From: Gemmatimonadales bacterium
GTDB taxonomy: Bacteria > Gemmatimonadota > Gemmatimonadetes > Gemmatimonadales > GWC2-71-9
Length of the DNA: 64,000 nt
Assembly: GCA_036522815.1 (NCBI GenBank)
Contig: DATDFC010000118.1
Coordinates: forward strand, 1,306-65,305
Reading direction: 5' to 3'
Shown here: in pieces, positions 62,605-64,000 of the stretch
Layout of the letters: each line of letters begins with the position of its first letter
Position numbering within the stretch: position 1 is the stretch's first letter
Program-made: the position numbers and the translations under genes
The notes under the pieces: model-generated
The model's input: the letters and a program-made list of their open reading frames with translations, nothing else
What the model was told of the DNA's origin: nothing
The model's database searches: none

Positions 62605-63711
62605 ATGACCAAGGTGAAAGTCGGGATCATCGGCTCCCGCTTTCAGGCGGACTGCATCGCAGGGGCCGTGCGGGCCGTGCCGGACGAAGCCGAGGTCGTC
62701 GCCGTCGCGTCGCCGACGCGCGGACACGCCGCGAGCTTCGCACAGCGGCACGCCATTCCGCGCTCGTACACCGATTACGCTGACCTGCTGCGCGACCGCG
62801 ACGTCGAGCTGATCTCGATCACCGCCCCCAATCGGCTGCACGCCCAGATCACGATCGACGCCGCCAAGGCCGGGAAGCACGTGGTGTGCGAGAAGCCGCT
62901 GTGTCTGACCCTCGAAGAAGCCGACGCGATGATCGACGCGTGCCGCCGGGCGGGCGTGCTGCTCTTGTACGCGGAAGAGCTGTTCTTCGCCCCCAAGTAT
63001 GTGAAGGCGAAGCAGCTGGCGGACGAAGGGGCGTTCGGCCGGGTCCACCTGGTGAAGCAGGGCGAGAAGCACTCGGGTCCGCACTCCGACTGGTTCTGGG
63101 ACGTGGAGCAGTCGGGCGGCGGCGCGGTGATGGACCTGGGGTGCCACGGGATCGCGTTCTGCTGGTGGTTCCTCGGCAAGCCGCAGGTCAGGAGCGTCTA
63201 CTCCCACATGGCGACGCAGCAGCACCAGGCACGCACCCAGGGCGACGACGAAGCGGTCACGATCATCGAATTCGCCAGCGGCGCCGTGGGGATGGTCGAG
63301 AGCAGCTGGAATCGCCCGGGCGGGATGGACGACTGCATCGAGGTGTTCGGCGACAAGGGCCAGACCTACGCCGATCTGCTCATGGGCAACGCGTTAGCGA
63401 CGTACTCGGAAGTCGGGTTCGGCTACGCCGTCGAAAAGGCCGCGACGACTCGAGGATGGACGTACCCAGTGTTCGAGGAGCACTGGAACTACGGCTTTCC
63501 CCAGGAGATGCGCCATTTCGCGCGGTGTGTGCGCGGCAAGGAGGCGCCCATCTCCGACGGCGAGACGGGGCGCCTGGTGCAAGAGGTCCTGTATGCCGCG
63601 TACGCGTCCGCCGGCCTGGGTCGCAAGATCGTGCTGCCGTTCCGCCCCAGCGGGATCGCCAAGCCGATCGACCTCTGGAAAACGCCGGACCTCGCCAGGG
63701 CCGCCCACTGA
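62605..63711 (+). CDS. Gfo/Idh/MocA family oxidoreductase (368 aa)
   Basis: KVGIIGSRFQA Rossmann start, HVVCEKPL, 2 nt after the previous stop. Confidence 0.85.
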   Translation: MTKVKVGIIGSRFQADCIAGAVRAVPDEAEVVAVASPTRGHAASFAQRHAIPRSYTDYADLLRDRDVELISITAPNRLHAQITIDAAKAGKHVVCEKPLCLTLEEADAMIDACRRAGVLLLYAEELFFAPKYVKAKQLADEGAFGRVHLVKQGEKHSGPHSDWFWDVEQSGGGAVMDLGCHGIAFCWWFLGKPQVRSVYSHMATQQHQARTQGDDEAVTIIEFASGAVGMVESSWNRPGGMDDCIEVFGDKGQTYADLLMGNALATYSEVGFGYAVEKAATTRGWTYPVFEEHWNYGFPQEMRHFARCVRGKEAPISDGETGRLVQEVLYAAYASAGLGRKIVLPFRPSGIAKPIDLWKTPDLARAAH

Positions 63712-63726
63712 ACCCGCAGCCGCCGA

Positions 63727-64000
63727 TGCAGCGCCGGTTCGGCCTGCTGCACGCCACGGCGCTCAACATGACGAACATGATCGGGATCGGACCGTTCATC
63801 ACTATCCCGCTCCTCATGTCGGCGCTGGGTGGCCCCCAGGCGATGCTGGGCTGGGTCGTCGCCCTGGTGATTGTGGTGTGCGACGGGATGGTGTGGAGCG
63901 AGCTGGGGGCGGCGCTGCCGGGGTCGGGCGGCTCGTTCGGGTATCTGCGCCATGGCTACGGGCCCGCGACGGTTGGCCGCCTGATGGGCTTTCTCTTCGT
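63727..64000 (+). CDS. APC-superfamily amino acid permease, 5' fragment (runs off the window)
   Basis: My translation: MQRRFGLLHATALNMTNMIGIGPFITIPLLMSALGGPQAMLGWVVALVIVVCDGMVWSELGAALPGSGGSFGYL. Confidence 0.7.

Overview
High-GC bacterial chromosomal segment, coded almost entirely on the + strand; GC values here are estimates by eye. (1) 1-13.6 kb is a conserved housekeeping block: rpsB'-tsf-pyrH-frr-uppS-cdsA-dxr-rseP, a convergent Ser/Thr kinase, rpsO-pnp-M16 peptidase, ald and dut. (2) About 14.5-48.4 kb is a very large array of integron attC-type recombination sites, all in one orientation. It has 26 full-length sites (77-142 bp) and about 19 shortened, miniaturised or truncated ones. Each site begins GCCTAAC-A(A/T)GCGCTTGAAGCTGGCGG and ends CGCCCGCAGCTTAAGCGCGATCC-GTTAGGC, and the sites separate short + strand ORFs, as in gene cassettes. 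I find no integron integrase, attI or other tyrosine recombinase on either strand in the 64 kb. Within this window it is therefore an integrase-less (CALIN-type) cassette array that starts about 900 bp after dut. (3) 48.4 to about 60.3 kb holds the same kind of small accessory genes, but only four attC arm relics and several pseudogenes; it looks like the eroded distal part of the array. (4) About 60.4-64 kb holds more ordinary genes: a methyltransferase, a GNAT, NTF2-like proteins, a Gfo/Idh/MocA oxidoreductase and the start of an APC permease. Cassette cargo is mostly secreted, lipoprotein or membrane proteins plus small enzymes (VOC/glyoxalase, DHFR-like RibD_C, SnoaL/NTF2, DinB, GNAT, TfoX_N). 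Many ORF-track entries were trimmed because their 5' parts are translations of attC arms (RPQLKRDPLG, PNKRLKLAG) or GC-rich out-of-frame extensions. The taxon cannot be assigned without a database search. All functional calls rest on motifs I recognise by eye, not on searches.
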